DNA from: Anolis carolinensis
Lineage: Eukaryota
Direction of reading: 5' to 3'
Assembly: GCF_035594765.1 (NCBI RefSeq)
Contig: NC_085844.1
Coordinates: 209,886,107-209,950,106, forward strand
DNA: 64,000 bases
Position 1 is the first letter of the stretch. Each line of letters begins with the position of its first letter. Positions 22,765 through 36,500 of this stretch are shown one piece after another. The notes below the pieces were generated by a model. The model was given only the letters and a program-made list of their open reading frames with translations, did not search any database and was not told where the DNA came from. The translations under genes and the position numbers were made by a program.

Positions 22765-25053
22765 TGAACCAGTTTCAAAAGGGAACACAATTTATTACAA
22801 TTCTGATACTGTATGTTAAAGTTTTGGTTTCATCTGCACACCACAGAATATGGCTTTATCCAGAATGCAGAAAACAGGCTGTATAAAAGACAAAGGAAGT
22901 ACAGAGGAAAAGGACAAAACACTGACCAGAAGGAACATGTATTTTTACCAGAAGTGAAGGAAAGATAAGGGAGTGAGAAACAGTATGGCTGGAATTATAA
23001 AAATTAGGTTATACATTTTAGGGGCTGAACTAACCCAAGGGAGGACCTGAATAACAGAACCAATAAGGTGCTTCTTCCTGCTCTTCTGATCAAGTGCAAT
23101 TGTTCAAGTGCTAATACATACTTTAAAATCATTGACTCAAGTCTTGCTTTCTCAGTAATATGCCTGTCTATGGAAGAGCAGCAGGAAAACACATTCGAAA
23201 CAAAATTGTAGTAGCAAGCTAGGCCGGCCCAAGATTCTGAAACAGAAAATTATTTCCATTTGTGTTTAGGTCTCACACGCAACAGCATGATTTACTCAGC
23301 ACGTTTACTCAGAAGATCATTCAGATTGTGGTATTTACTCTTAGCTTAAGGCTGAACTCTTAGAAGCACTTGTTTGGGTACAAATCCCACTGGATTTAGA
23401 GAGCCTTAGCACTGAGTAAATCTACACAAGAGTCAGTGGTTTGTTTTGTACAACTATACCAAGAAAGAAAACATTTCCTAAATCTGAAACACCTTCTGTC
23501 CCAAGGTTTTAGCAATTCATTCTGGTGAAATACTATAAACACAGGGGGAAGTTCAGATTATATGCATTAATTCCAATTCATGGTGAAATTTCTCTCATGT
23601 CTTCATATCATGAAAAAAAAAATTCTCCTTATGTTCTGCCAGGATTATTCCTAATCTCTATGCAGCACCTTTCAGATACAGGCAGTCTACCTGTACATCA
23701 ATTCATCACCCAAACTGAGAGGCCAATTTGGCTGCACTGCAGAGAAAGGATAATCCAATATATCAGCATATCAAAGTGTCAAAACAATTCCTCTTCTAGG
23801 GACATTTTTTTTACTCACTCCATGGCTGAACAACAGAACTGTGCATTACATTTGAGTCTATTTGCTACATGTAAACATACAATGAAGATCCACTGGAAAA
23901 CAAATCCACAGAAGCAACTGGAGTAAGTCCACCAAGAACAATGATGCCATGCACTGTATTTGACTAAATGCATGGCATGGGTATTTGCCATTTTAAAACA
24001 GTTATTTCAGATGGTGTACAAACCATGAGAACAACTGAAGGGGGCTACGCTGGTTTCTTTCCTATAATAGTGACTACAAAAGCAGGTAATGTTCAGCTAT
24101 GATAAATCAGTGGTACAATGCACCCAGAAAGTTTTTCTAACCCATTGAGGTTTCACAGCAAAATGCAACTATAAGAAACTCAATTTTTTACAAACTTTCT
24201 GCATTAAACAATAAGCTCATTTACGTTCTGCATTTTTAAAAGAACTTATTGATGTTCCCCACTGGGATCAAATTACATTCTCCTGACAGTTTAACACCAG
24301 TTTTGTGTGAGGTATGTCCTTTGATGTAGTAGAGATGATCTTGTAAAAAGGTCAAAGAACATGTATATTCAAAACAGATAACACAGGCTAAGTCTTATAG
24401 TATAAAAAAGGACAAATAAAGGATGTTATAGTTTTGCTTTCCCTATCTACAAAATATACAGCTTTGCAACACATCACTAAAAGTAATGATGAAACAGATA
24501 ATGGCACAAACTAGGCCAATAGCGGAGTGAACTTTACAGGGCTACTTTTGCAGATGAGGACGGAGAAACATCTTCAAGAGGTTTGCCTTTCCAGTTTTAA
24601 GGAACATTTTCTTGTGAAAAAAATATCCATAGTGCTATGTGATAGCTGTGGAAAAATATCTTCTTTCTGGGCACATTCTTCTTTTTTAATTGTATCAACT
24701 TAGTCCTTGAACTACAAGGAACCCTCTCAAGCAATGAGTGACACGAGAAATTCTTTAGGCCAAGCAGCATAAACAAAGACATAGTTCACAGAGTTAACCA
24801 AGTTCCCCATTATGGACCAGTTCTATAACTGGAAGCCTAGTTTCTCCTGGTAATACTTCAGTAGGACCAGGCAAAGCAAAGATCCATAATTCCACTCAGA
24901 TCTGGTGCACTTTTTTCCAGTTGCTTGAAGCTCATCTTGAGCTGCATCCCATAAATCCGATCTGACACCATAATGACAGGCAATGGAATGCCCCTTGTCA
25001 CGACAGATTAGGAACTGTAATCCATGCTTAGCAGCAATTCTGCAGTGGACTTC

Positions 25054-25085
25054 TTACTTCTTTTGCAGAAACTTCATTTTGCTAC
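25054..25085 (-). CDS. DENND2C: DENND2C last coding exon (18)
   Basis: (G)[12 protein letters not shown], with ttag acceptor. Confidence 0.92.
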
Positions 25086-25268
25086 CTAAATATATATATA
25101 AAAGATAGATTTACAAGTTGATTATATGTTTAATCTTTCCCTTGTTGCCACTTGCACATTACAGAAATACATTTTAGTATATGTATTTATAGAATCTTTA
25201 CAATGATTATGTGTTTGAACTATGTTGTAACTCGCCTTGAGCCATAAGAAGAGGTGGGTAAGAAATAA

Positions 25269-25317
<49 letters not shown>

Positions 25318-25431
25318 TTGTCGAAGGCTTTCATTTCAATCTCTGAGGATGCCTGCCACAGATGTGGGCGAAACGTTAGGAGAGAAAGCTTCTGGAACAT
25401 GATCATACAGCCTGGAAAACTCACAGCAACC

Positions 25432-25478
<47 letters not shown>

Positions 25479-28400
25479 GATAAATCAAATGCAGCTTTTT
25501 AGGTTAAGGTCCAACAAATTTCACAACTAGTTCTGCACATCCAAGATAAACTTAGGCTTAATTTTCTCTCAAAACTAATAGTGGCAACACTGGTTTTGAG
25601 AACATATATTGTTCTGTGAGCACTGGCTGCACTGCTCCGGAATAATATTTTGTTTCAGGCCCTACTTACTTCCTTGAACAGCAAACCCAAATAGTTGCTT
25701 ACTATGCCATAAGGAGCCAAAACTGGACTCCCAAGAAAGAAAATACCAATATGAGGGCATGTTGGTGAAGCATGGTGTATTCAAAGTACAAACAACCTCC
25801 AAATGCCCTCAAAGCTCAATAAAGATTGAGTATTCTTAGTAGGACCCAGGAGCGACACAATGCTAGGTATCAGCTGAAAAAGAAAAATTGGGTAGGGCAA
25901 CATTCTAACATGCTGTGCCATGCTATGCATGCTTACTAGAAGAAAGTCTCATAGTGTTCAAAGAGGATTATTTTAATATTAAATTTATCATACCATGGAC
26001 CTTGTTATTTGCTATTAAAAGGGGGAGGGTATCAAATACTCTATTTTTTTAAACTTTCAGAATCAAGAAAGAAGAACTTGAAAGGGGAAAGAGGTGCGTC
26101 CTGAAAAAAATACTGATGAATCTTGTTTGTGAAGGTATAGCTGAGAATTGAATAGTAGCTATTTCTAAGACATGACTTTCCTTTCACTTCCCTATTGAAA
26201 ATGGCCTTTTCCAAAGCTAAAAAGGTGGAGGTGCAGGGAAAATGCATCAAAATTGCCTCTCAAGATACTCTCAGGGGCTGCAGGAGGGCATTTTGAGTAA
26301 GAAGAATCAAAAATTAAAAATTCATGGGGAGTAGTGTGGAGCAGAAGGGTGTGTGTGCCCTTCTCTTTGTGGTTTCTGAACCTTTTATTAATTCTCACCC
26401 TCATGCTAGGAGAACAAACAGTGGTGTTAAGGAGACAAATTTGCAAAGAATGGTCACTAAACTTTTCAGTTCATTATATGAAGGAGATTTTTTGACTAAA
26501 CATTACAAAGAGCTTCCTGAGAGAAAAAGCCCTTCAGAGGTGGACAAGTCTCAGGTATCATTTTGCTATGGGACCTCTGAACTGCCAGGGGCCTTGGTGG
26601 TGAGTTCCAATTCTATGATTTTAAAACAGGTTGTTCAATTTCCTGTCATAGCACAGCCTGGCAATGCTTCTTGAGCTGGTTGCTATACAGATCACAGGCA
26701 AGTCAACCTTAGCCTGACTTACCCAGACTACGAAGGATTTTATTCATCCCACTCGGCTCAGACTCTGGAATGGTTTGCAAATATTCAAAGGCACGGACCT
26801 CAAACAATCCTGAAGAAAGAAAAGCATCACTTAGAAACATACTTATTTCAGGAACTGCATATTTCTTCTTTTTAAATACAGTATGAATTATGTTCATACA
26901 CATACACTACACAGAAAGGTCTTCTGAAAAACAACAGCATGAAACTCTGAATGATGCCACATACATTGTGCCAATTATACACAGGCTTCAAGATGCAAAT
27001 ACCAGTTTTGTACATATATATCTATATGTTTGATAACGGATATCTGTACATTTTGTAACATACATTTGTGTGATGCTGAATTTAATGTTTGTTATCTCCA
27101 CATCAAGAGGGAAAAGAAAGGACTTCTTTCCATCATTCTGATATGTTTACTTAGCTGAGCTTTTAAAAACTAAAATAAAGCCAATCTTATTTTTTGAAAT
27201 CATGTTAATGTATATATATATATTTAAAATGTTACACAGATTATCTACAATGAATCTTTGCAACAACATCTGTTGACATTTGCTGTGTGGCTAAAGACAT
27301 GTTAAAAGAAAATAAGGCAACTGGGGCACCTTTAAGAAGTTAATAAACTACTCTGTAATTTCATTTTTTCCCAAGACAAGTTTATCAAAAATGCTTTTGG
27401 TTGTGCTGGCAATGAACTACCAACATTGTCAGGAGTGTATAAAACTTTCCAAGAAAATGGAATGAAGGCAGAAATACCTTCCAGAGGACATTCTATAAGC
27501 ATAATGGCATTTGGCAATTCAAATCCGGGGAGTGGGGTGAGCTCCCGCTGTTAGCACCAACTTCTGCCAACCTAGCAGTTCGAAAACATGCAAATGTGAG
27601 TAGATGAATAGGTATTGCTTCGGCAGGAAGGTAATGGTGCCCCATGCTGTTATGCTGGCCACATGACCTTGGAGGTGTCTACGGCTTAGAAATGGAGATG
27701 AGCACCAACCCCCAGGGTCCGACACGACTAGACTTAATGTCAGAGGAATACCTTTACCTTTACTTAAAAGCACTTGGGTTTTATCCAATTTTTTATTTGC
27801 CATGAAGAGAAATGTAAAGCTGAGTTTGGTAGATCTCACCTTTAACGGCACTTTTCCGGAGCTCTCTGTCCTGTATGAAACCAGCAAACATTTGTGTTTC
27901 CATGAAAATTTCAAGGAAATGGCGCACATTGCGAGAGGTGTGGGATTTCCGGAAGGGTTCCCGCTGGAATACCCGCTCCCCTTTCTCAGTGACATGCATG
28001 TGCAAGGAGTAGTGCCCCACAATCTCCACGAAGAAGCGAACAAAGGCCTCAGATACAAGAGAGTCCAGAGTCACTTCACCTATTAGAAAACAATAGAAAG
28101 GAATCACATCTCTCTTCTAGATGGACAACAGCCTCTACTCCTTCACAAAACCTACAGAACCTGATCTTTGAATGCGATTTCCTGCTTCTTAGCAGGGGGT
28201 TGGACTAGATGGCCCATGTGGTCTCTTCCAACTCTACTATTCTATGATTCTATGATTCTATGATCTACCAAAATAACAGTCATAGCTGATAAAATAATTG
28301 CATCCAAAAAGTAAATAAAATACAGACACATAACCAACATAAAGACTGCATGTAGAGCAGGAGAACGGATGTCTAGGAGGACAGGAAACTACTTCTCTTT

Positions 28401-29883
28401 TGTAAAGCACCACAGTGGGCCTCACTGTACCCATGGGGATCTGATTCCAGACACCAAGTCTTTACAACTATCTAGTGTGGCGGAGAGGGAGAGGGAGGGG
28501 ATCGGAAAAAGGAGGGTATTGTACAAAGTTAAAATTGAGACCTCTGTTTCTAAATATCAGTTAAAATTACGCACATTCTTCAAAATATTAAAAATTCTAC
28601 ATATTCTTTATAACAAAGAGAGGATAAATATTGCCCTCTAACTTTAAGTCCAGTCTTCGTATCTTCTTGAGTTGTCCTATGTTCTTCTTGTCTTATCTCC
28701 CAGCTCTTCACCATTAAAAGTCTGACTTTATTATTCTTATCAGATTGTTTTGAATATTTTATCTAATTTTAGTTATTACTTAATAAAACTAACAGTTTTA
28801 TTGGATTTGTAAGTTACTGTTGTATAGGCAAACATTTACTATATTTCACTATCATCCCCTCTTCCCCTTTTAAACATTACACAAAATTTATATATTTCTA
28901 TATAGACAATCCAAATCTAACTGGGAGGTACTAATATATCAATCATCTAAATCATCTCTTAAATGTATTTTAAGAATTCTTGAATTTACACAGGAACTTT
29001 CAAGTCAGAATTAAGTTATCCAGGCATAATTCTCTAATGCAGTCACCTTGTGTAAAAGTCCGCTCCTGAGACAAGATATCACTCCTTTCTTCCAAAATTT
29101 GTATGAGTGCAGCTTGTAGTTTGTGAGGTAGAATTTCGTCCTCATCTGAAACCTTTAAAATACAAAAGCAGGAAGAAAAGTGAACAATGATGATTACACT
29201 GCTGTGTTTAAAAGTGGAATAAAATGTTACAGTAATTCATTTCATTAGCTACCATGCAGAAAAAATTCCAACATGTAATGTGTGCCTTGCGACCATATAA
29301 AATGAAAAGAATGAAACAAATTAAAACCAACATACTGCTCCATAAAGACATTATCAGAATTTTTAAAAATTGCAGAAATAGACAAAACTACAACAGAAAC
29401 TCACTTCTAGTTGTGAAAATACAAAAACTAAACCAAGTTAAAAATATCTCAGAGCTGGTGAAGATCCGGTTTTTAAGGCATTGAATGTTTGCCTTTGTGG
29501 TTGTGATTGCTGGAATCTGCCCTGAGTCTCCTCGGGGAGATAGGGCAGAATAAAAACAAATTATTATTATTATATTGTATGACACAGCAAACAAGATAGA
29601 TATGCTGGATTTCGTATCACAAAATCACAAGTCGAACACTTCCCAAGTGTCTAGGACTGTGTGATGTATTTTCGGATGATGCGTGCAGATCCCAGTAGGG
29701 TGGCCTTTTGCAGTTGGCAGATTGTGATTTTGTCAATGTCTATTGTTTCCAAATGCTGGCTGAGATCTTTTGGCACAGCACCCAATGTGCCAATCACCAC
29801 CGGGACCACCTGCTGCTGAGTTTTTCCTGTTGTTTTTTGTCAATGCAACTGTCACCTGGTATGGCGACATCAATGATCCAAAC

Positions 29884-29937
<54 letters not shown>

Positions 29938-30501
29938 CCTAGATCTATATACTATTATCAATTTTTCTAATTTTCAAGAGCAGGTCAGAACAATGAGAAG
30001 AGAGAGGGGAGATTTTGCTTGATCATACTGATAGATGATAGCAAGATAGCAAAGACACTAGAGCAGAGGTGGGAATCATATGACTTTGCAGATGTTGCTA
30101 AACTGTAATTCTCAGAATTCCTCATCACATTGTGTTGGCTACGCTGCTGGCAGTTGTAGTCCACAACATCTGGAGGATTACATGATTCAAGTCCCTCTTG
30201 AGGCCTTTTATAGCTTTCATGAGATTGCTTAAGATGGAAGAACACAACTCTATCAGCCACACAGACATGCTGTAGACCAGCAAACTGCTTCCAGTTCTGT
30301 TTTGTGAGTTCCTGTTTCCGTAACATTCTCCTTATTGTGTATAATTTTCATATTATACACATCTCTTTATGTTGCCAACATTTATATCCCTGCCCAAAAG
30401 TTAGTTCCTCCAAGAAATCTTTGGCCTAATCCCTTCATATTTATTTTTAAAGAAAGCATAAAATCAGAGCACCAGTTTTTGCTCCTGTGCAATCCATATT
30501 C

Positions 30502-30567
<66 letters not shown>

Positions 30568-33500
30568 TTCCCCTCTCTTCACACTTCAGTCGCTGTCTAT
30601 ATTTGGAATGTGAAATTCCTCAAGGCACAGGTCTGATTTTGGCTTATGTTGCTATGTAAAATGCTATGTATACTGAAGGAGATCTAAACATTTTCATTTT
30701 CTGAAGGTATTGCATTTTCACCTTATTGGAATCCAAAATACATTGCTTTTTATTCTTTTCCTAACACTCTCAGCAGCTTTTCAAAATGAAACTGAAAAAC
30801 ATAATGGCCCAGTATGAGAGCCCGCAGACCCATTACATCTTATGACAACATGCACACTATGACATTGCAAGTCACAGTCCACTTCTTCTCTTCCTTTTCT
30901 CTTGCTTTTTAAAATGTCTTGGCAGGACTTCAGAGGTTTTGAAAACTTACCTTGATTTTATGCTTGGCCAAACAAAAATTATACCACAATATGGAATCTG
31001 ATACATTCACTGATGGCTATATAAAAACAACAACAATATGGAGATAGTTTTCTCTTTAACACATGAAGGATCCGTGCTAGATCATATGTTTGGCATGCAG
31101 AAAGCTCTAGGTTCAATCCTTTAAATCTGCAAGTACAATAGGGGAGGTAAAATCTCTGAGAAAGCCAATGCCAGTCAGAGATGATAGTAAAGGGCTAGAC
31201 AGACCAAGTGTCTCACTCAGTACAAGGCTGCTTCCTATATCCCTGTTCTGAAACACTACAATAGTAGTTACTGTAATAGGAAAGGAATGTCCAAGTATCT
31301 CCAAGGCTAAAGGTAATTCTGAATTTGAAGCATATGTTAGAACCACAAAGGGGAACAACAACATTTACTTCTGCTTTTGTGGAATGTTACACAAAAAAGT
31401 TTGTCAATCTCTGCTTGCTTTGCCTGTGAGTGCAGCAGCTTTAGTTAGTAAGTAACACCAGAGATTGACATCATGAGGGCATTATTTTAAGAATAGTTGT
31501 CCACAGGAAGCTCTGGCTGTCTAGACAATGAAAGAGGAAAAGTATTGTGTGAAGGAAATGCAGAAAATAAGGAAGAGAGACAAAAGAGAGAGCTTTCTAA
31601 GAGCCAAACTACATGTTACACTGCATGTGTCCTGAACATGTTTATGTTTTTTGTTTGTAATTAGAAGAAGTCTTTGGAAGCTTTTGTTTCTGGACAAAAT
31701 GTGACCTAATCTGAGCAATAGTTGGTAGGAACAAGTAAACTTCAAGCCTTAATCCATGAAGCTGTTTTGGTCCAGCTGACCACAGTTAAACGTAACTACA
31801 ACTTTTGGTTTGAACAACACACTAAATTGTGGTTGATCAAAAACATGAGAAGTTTTTGTTCATGACTCTATGGCCATATTGGAGGAGACAACAGAGGGAG
31901 TGTGCAAGTTGTATGACTTGTTTTTGAACACTAAGCTATGAATGAGTGCAATGTCTTAATGAAAGCAATGAGTAATTTGACCCCAGTAATTTCATTAGTA
32001 ATGAGAAATAGAAGAGTTAAAAGAAATACAGACCATATCTGGGATAAGATTAGGAGAAAAGAAGTTAAAATATTTAGGCGTTTATATTCCCCAAAATTTA
32101 AACAATATAATTCAATTAAATTATAACCATTTATGGAAAAAAGTAAACAATAAAATTCGTAATTGGAATAATCGGAACTGGGATATATCAAACAAAATTA
32201 AGATAGTTAAAATGATGATTCTCCCCAAATTTCTATTCCTATTTCAAGCCCTTCCATATAGTATCCCCAGTAAAATAATTAAGAAATGGGACAACTCAAT
32301 AAAAACCTGGATAACAGGTAGAAATAAAAATTGAATTCCCAATTCAGTATTCTATTCCTCAGAACAGCACGGAGGATGGGGGGCACCCAATCTACAAGAC
32401 TATTATGAAGCCTGTCAACTAACAAGATTGTTTGAATTAGATTTTGATGACTCAAGAAGATGGGTCAGAATCGAAAAAACAATAAACGGATGGCACAATT
32501 GCCTATGTTTAAAAGGATGGGTAGATAATAAAATTCTAAAAGAAATTAAAGGAGGGCCATGGAGTGTTGGAAAAAATGGCAAGGTAAACTGCCAATAAAT
32601 AAAGTAGATATACTCCCAATAGAGTTTTTAAATAATAAAAAGGAACAGATATTTGGTAAAGCGATAACAAATTTTAAACAAAATGGAATGAAATTGATAA
32701 AAGACCTCTTAAACCCAGATGGGACAATCAAGGATTGGGAAATGATAAAAGACATTTGTGGGCAAAGTAACTGGCTTCTTTGGAGTGGACTGAAACAAAG
32801 GATTATGAATTGGAAGAAAAAGGAAGGTCCAGAAACAGATTTTGACCAAATTTTAAAATGGAAATTAGAAAAGGAAAAAGGCCTGATGGGTTTTATTTAT
32901 AAGATATTAATTGAAAAACAATATAAATTGAAACAAACATTGGCTGAGATATGGAAAGAAGACATGAATATTAACGACTCTGATATCGAATACTGGATCA
33001 ACTCAATTAAAAAAATCAAGCAGATAAGGATAAGAGAAACCCAAAGGAAAATACTGACTAAATGGTATAGAACCCCAATCCAATTGGCTTATATAACTAA
33101 AACAACCACAAAATTGTGTTGGCACGGATGTGGGATAACTGGCTCATATATTCATATGTGGTGGGAATGGGATAAAGTGCAAAAAATTTATAACAAGGTA
33201 AAGAAGGAAATGGAAGATTTAACAGGACATAAATTGATTTTGAAAAATAAAGAATTCTTCATCCAGAAATTAGATAAGAATAAAATTACTAAGGACTGGG
33301 GGGAAATCATAAAATACATGTTAGTTGCCGCTCAAGCAACAGTTGCCTTGGGTTGGAAAGAACAAACAAAATGGGAAGTTAAAAAATGGTATGAATACCT
33401 AGCTGATTTTATGCTTCAAGATTATATCCTTGAAAGGAGAACTAAATATATATCAGGCCGAATCAAAAAGAATTGGGATCTGAAATGGGGAAGATTGATA

Positions 33501-36500
33501 GATAGAGTCAAAGGACAAAGAAAATATAAAGAATTGAATCATTCTCTACTTACGATTGATCAATTAAAATAATATCTGAATGGAAGAAAGTACTGTTCCC
33601 AGAGGGAGGGGGAGGGGGGAGGGGTGAAAAACTACTGGACATAAGTGGGAGATAAAAGTGGAACTAACAAGTGTAATGTTACCGAGAATATGTAATTGGT
33701 GTGTATGTTGATGGATTTTGTTGTTGTTTCGCTGATATCTACAATAAAAACATATTTTAAAAAAAAAGTAATGAGAAATAGTCCTTTCTCACACAAAACA
33801 CTATTTGGGGGGGGGGCACTTAAATCAGGGAAACAGCACAACAGAATTAAACCCAACATCACAGCTCCATCTAGCTTACTTCCTCTTCCTATATTTAAAT
33901 CTAGACTATCATGTCTCCTCTCAGCCTTTTCTTCTGCAGGCTAAACATGCCTATTTCTTTAAGACGCTCCTCAGAGGGCTTGTTCTCCAGACCCTTGATC
34001 ATTTTAGTTGCCCTCATCTATATTTAAATCTAGACAACAGTTCTAGTTATGGTTGTATTATGTCCAAGTGCGGCCATTAGTTTTCTTTCGTATATTTATC
34101 ACCATGACTGAATGGCACCATTCAGGAAAAAAAAAGGTCAACTTGTCTACAAAATAATCAGTAGATATCATTTTATTTACCTGTTGCAAAAATCGATCAC
34201 CACAGAGATCAACAATCAGTACCTAAGGAAAAAGGAAAAGATACATTATTATTGTATGCAGGATCAAATGCCTAAATTCCTCAAGTCCTTCAAACACTCC
34301 CAACCACTATACTGATTCTTATGGCCAGCTTCTTCTGCATGGTTAAGTTGAATAGTGGTTTGACTGCATACAACAGTTAATCGGAGCTGAGAATACTTGC
34401 TTTTATTGGATAACAAACAGGTCTAGAATCCCCCCACTCAACAAAGTTTATGAAAGTAACTTCTCTAGGCTGACACAGAAGAGGTCACCCAACGCAACAC
34501 TTCCTATTACTACAGTTTTCATTGATGGTTGGCCATCAGAAATGTGGCAAACTGTATTGTTTTATAGCTTTCACTTCAGTTGCAGTCTCTTGGGAAGGGA
34601 AGGAAGGATATATGAGAAAATCAGTATGTTCCAAATGAAAAAAAAAAGGTTAGGGAAAGGTCATCAAATCAGCATTTAGGCATTTCAGATGTTTAACAAG
34701 TCCTGCTTGGTTACATGAATGGGACCTTGGAAAAACAGCTCTATCAGTGAAAGAAAAAGAAATATTCAACTAGTATATTATACCAATGTATAAATGACAA
34801 TTCAGTGATAGAATAAAAAAGTTTGCTAAATTGAATAGGTCATATACACATTGCCATAAATCCTCAGTCTCCACCTCAATGTTTTGATGTCAATATCTCT
34901 TGCATTCCATTTCAAAGTCTTTTCAGGACTCACCTCTTCTATAGGTAAATCCTGGAGCTGGGGTAAGGAGCAGGAGAGAATCCCAATCAGGAATGGGGTG
35001 GGTGAGCAGACAATGTCTATCATGGAAGTTGGAAGAACAGGAATATAGGTGTGTTGCCAAGTGAATGGGTAAAGCGTTGCAACCACAGCATGGCCACATT
35101 TGGACAAGGTGCTGTAAGCAGAAAATATAACACAATTATATATTTATTAGTGTATGGTGTAATGGAAAAAAATCTTTAGACTAATGAATACAATTCATCA
35201 CACAGAACTATACAGTGGGACACGATTATTCGGATTTTTGGTTAAAAACTGCTAATACATCGCAGTTACAGGGCAGTCCCCGAGGTACAAACATCCGACT
35301 TACAAAAAAACCCTCATAGTTAAGAATGGGGCTAAGACAACAGAAAGCAAGAGAAATTAACCTTAGTATGCCCATAGTTACTTCCCTTTCCTTGTTATCC
35401 CTTTCCTTTTTTATAAGATTCGTATCCTGCCCCTTTTATGTAACCTACTTGAAAACTTCAATAAAAATTATTTTAAAAAGATACAAATTTAATTGTTCGT
35501 ACCTTGGGGACTGCCTGTATAAAGGTTTCTGAAATTCATAGTACCGCCTTAATATTCCAGAATTTGTATTATCTGAAGGTTGTGTTTTCTGATGTCTGCA
35601 TATGCACCAACAAGAAAAAGTACAAGCTTTTTGCAAGACAAATGGTTCAAAACCAGGAAACAGAACCTTAACTTATTGTCGAAGGCTTTCATGGCCGGGA
35701 TCACAGGGTTGTTGTATGTCTTTCGGGCTGTGTGGCCATGTTCCAGAAGCATTCTCTCCTGACGTTTCGCCCACATCTATGGCAGGCATCCTCAGAGGTT
35801 GTGAGGTATGGAGAAAACTAAGCAAAGAGGTTAATATATATCTGTGGAAAGTCTAGGGTGAGAGAGGTCAGTGTGAATGTTGTGTAGTTAATCACTTTAA
35901 TTAGCATTGAAAAGCTTATCTGCTGTCTTCTTCCTGCCTCTGGGGCATCCTTTGTTTAGAGTCGTTAACTGCCCTTGGTTGATTCATGTCTGGAAATCCT
36001 CTGTTTTCAGAGTATTGCTTTTTATTTACTGTTCTGATTTTTGACTTTTTTAATACTGGTAGCCAGATTTTGTTCATTTTCATGGTTTCTTCCTTTCTGT
36101 TGAAGTTGTCCACATGCTTGTGGATTTCAATGGCTTCTCTGTGTAGTCTGACATGATAGTTGTTAGAATGGTCCAGCATTTTTGTGTTCTCAAATAGTAT
36201 TCTGTGTCCAGGCTGGTTCATCAAATGCTCTGCTATGGCTGATTTCTCTGGTTGAATAAGTCTGCAGTGCCTTTCATGTTCTTTGACTCTTGTTTGGGCG
36301 CTGCGTTTGGTGGTCCCTATGTAGACTTGTCCACAGCTGCATGGTATCCGGTAGACTCCTGCAGAAGAGAGAGGATCCCTCTTGTCCTTCGCTGACCGTA
36401 GCATTTGTTGGATTTTCTTCGTGGGTCTGTAGATAGTTTGTAGGTTGTGCTTCTTCATCAGCTTCCCTATGCGGTCAGTAGTTCCCTTGATGTGTGGTAA

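Noticed and set aside
28480-29000. AT-rich stretch resembling decayed L1 3' ends (similar at about 41230-41510 and 63340-63620)
   Set aside because: Too degraded to define boundaries, TSDs or motifs with confidence.
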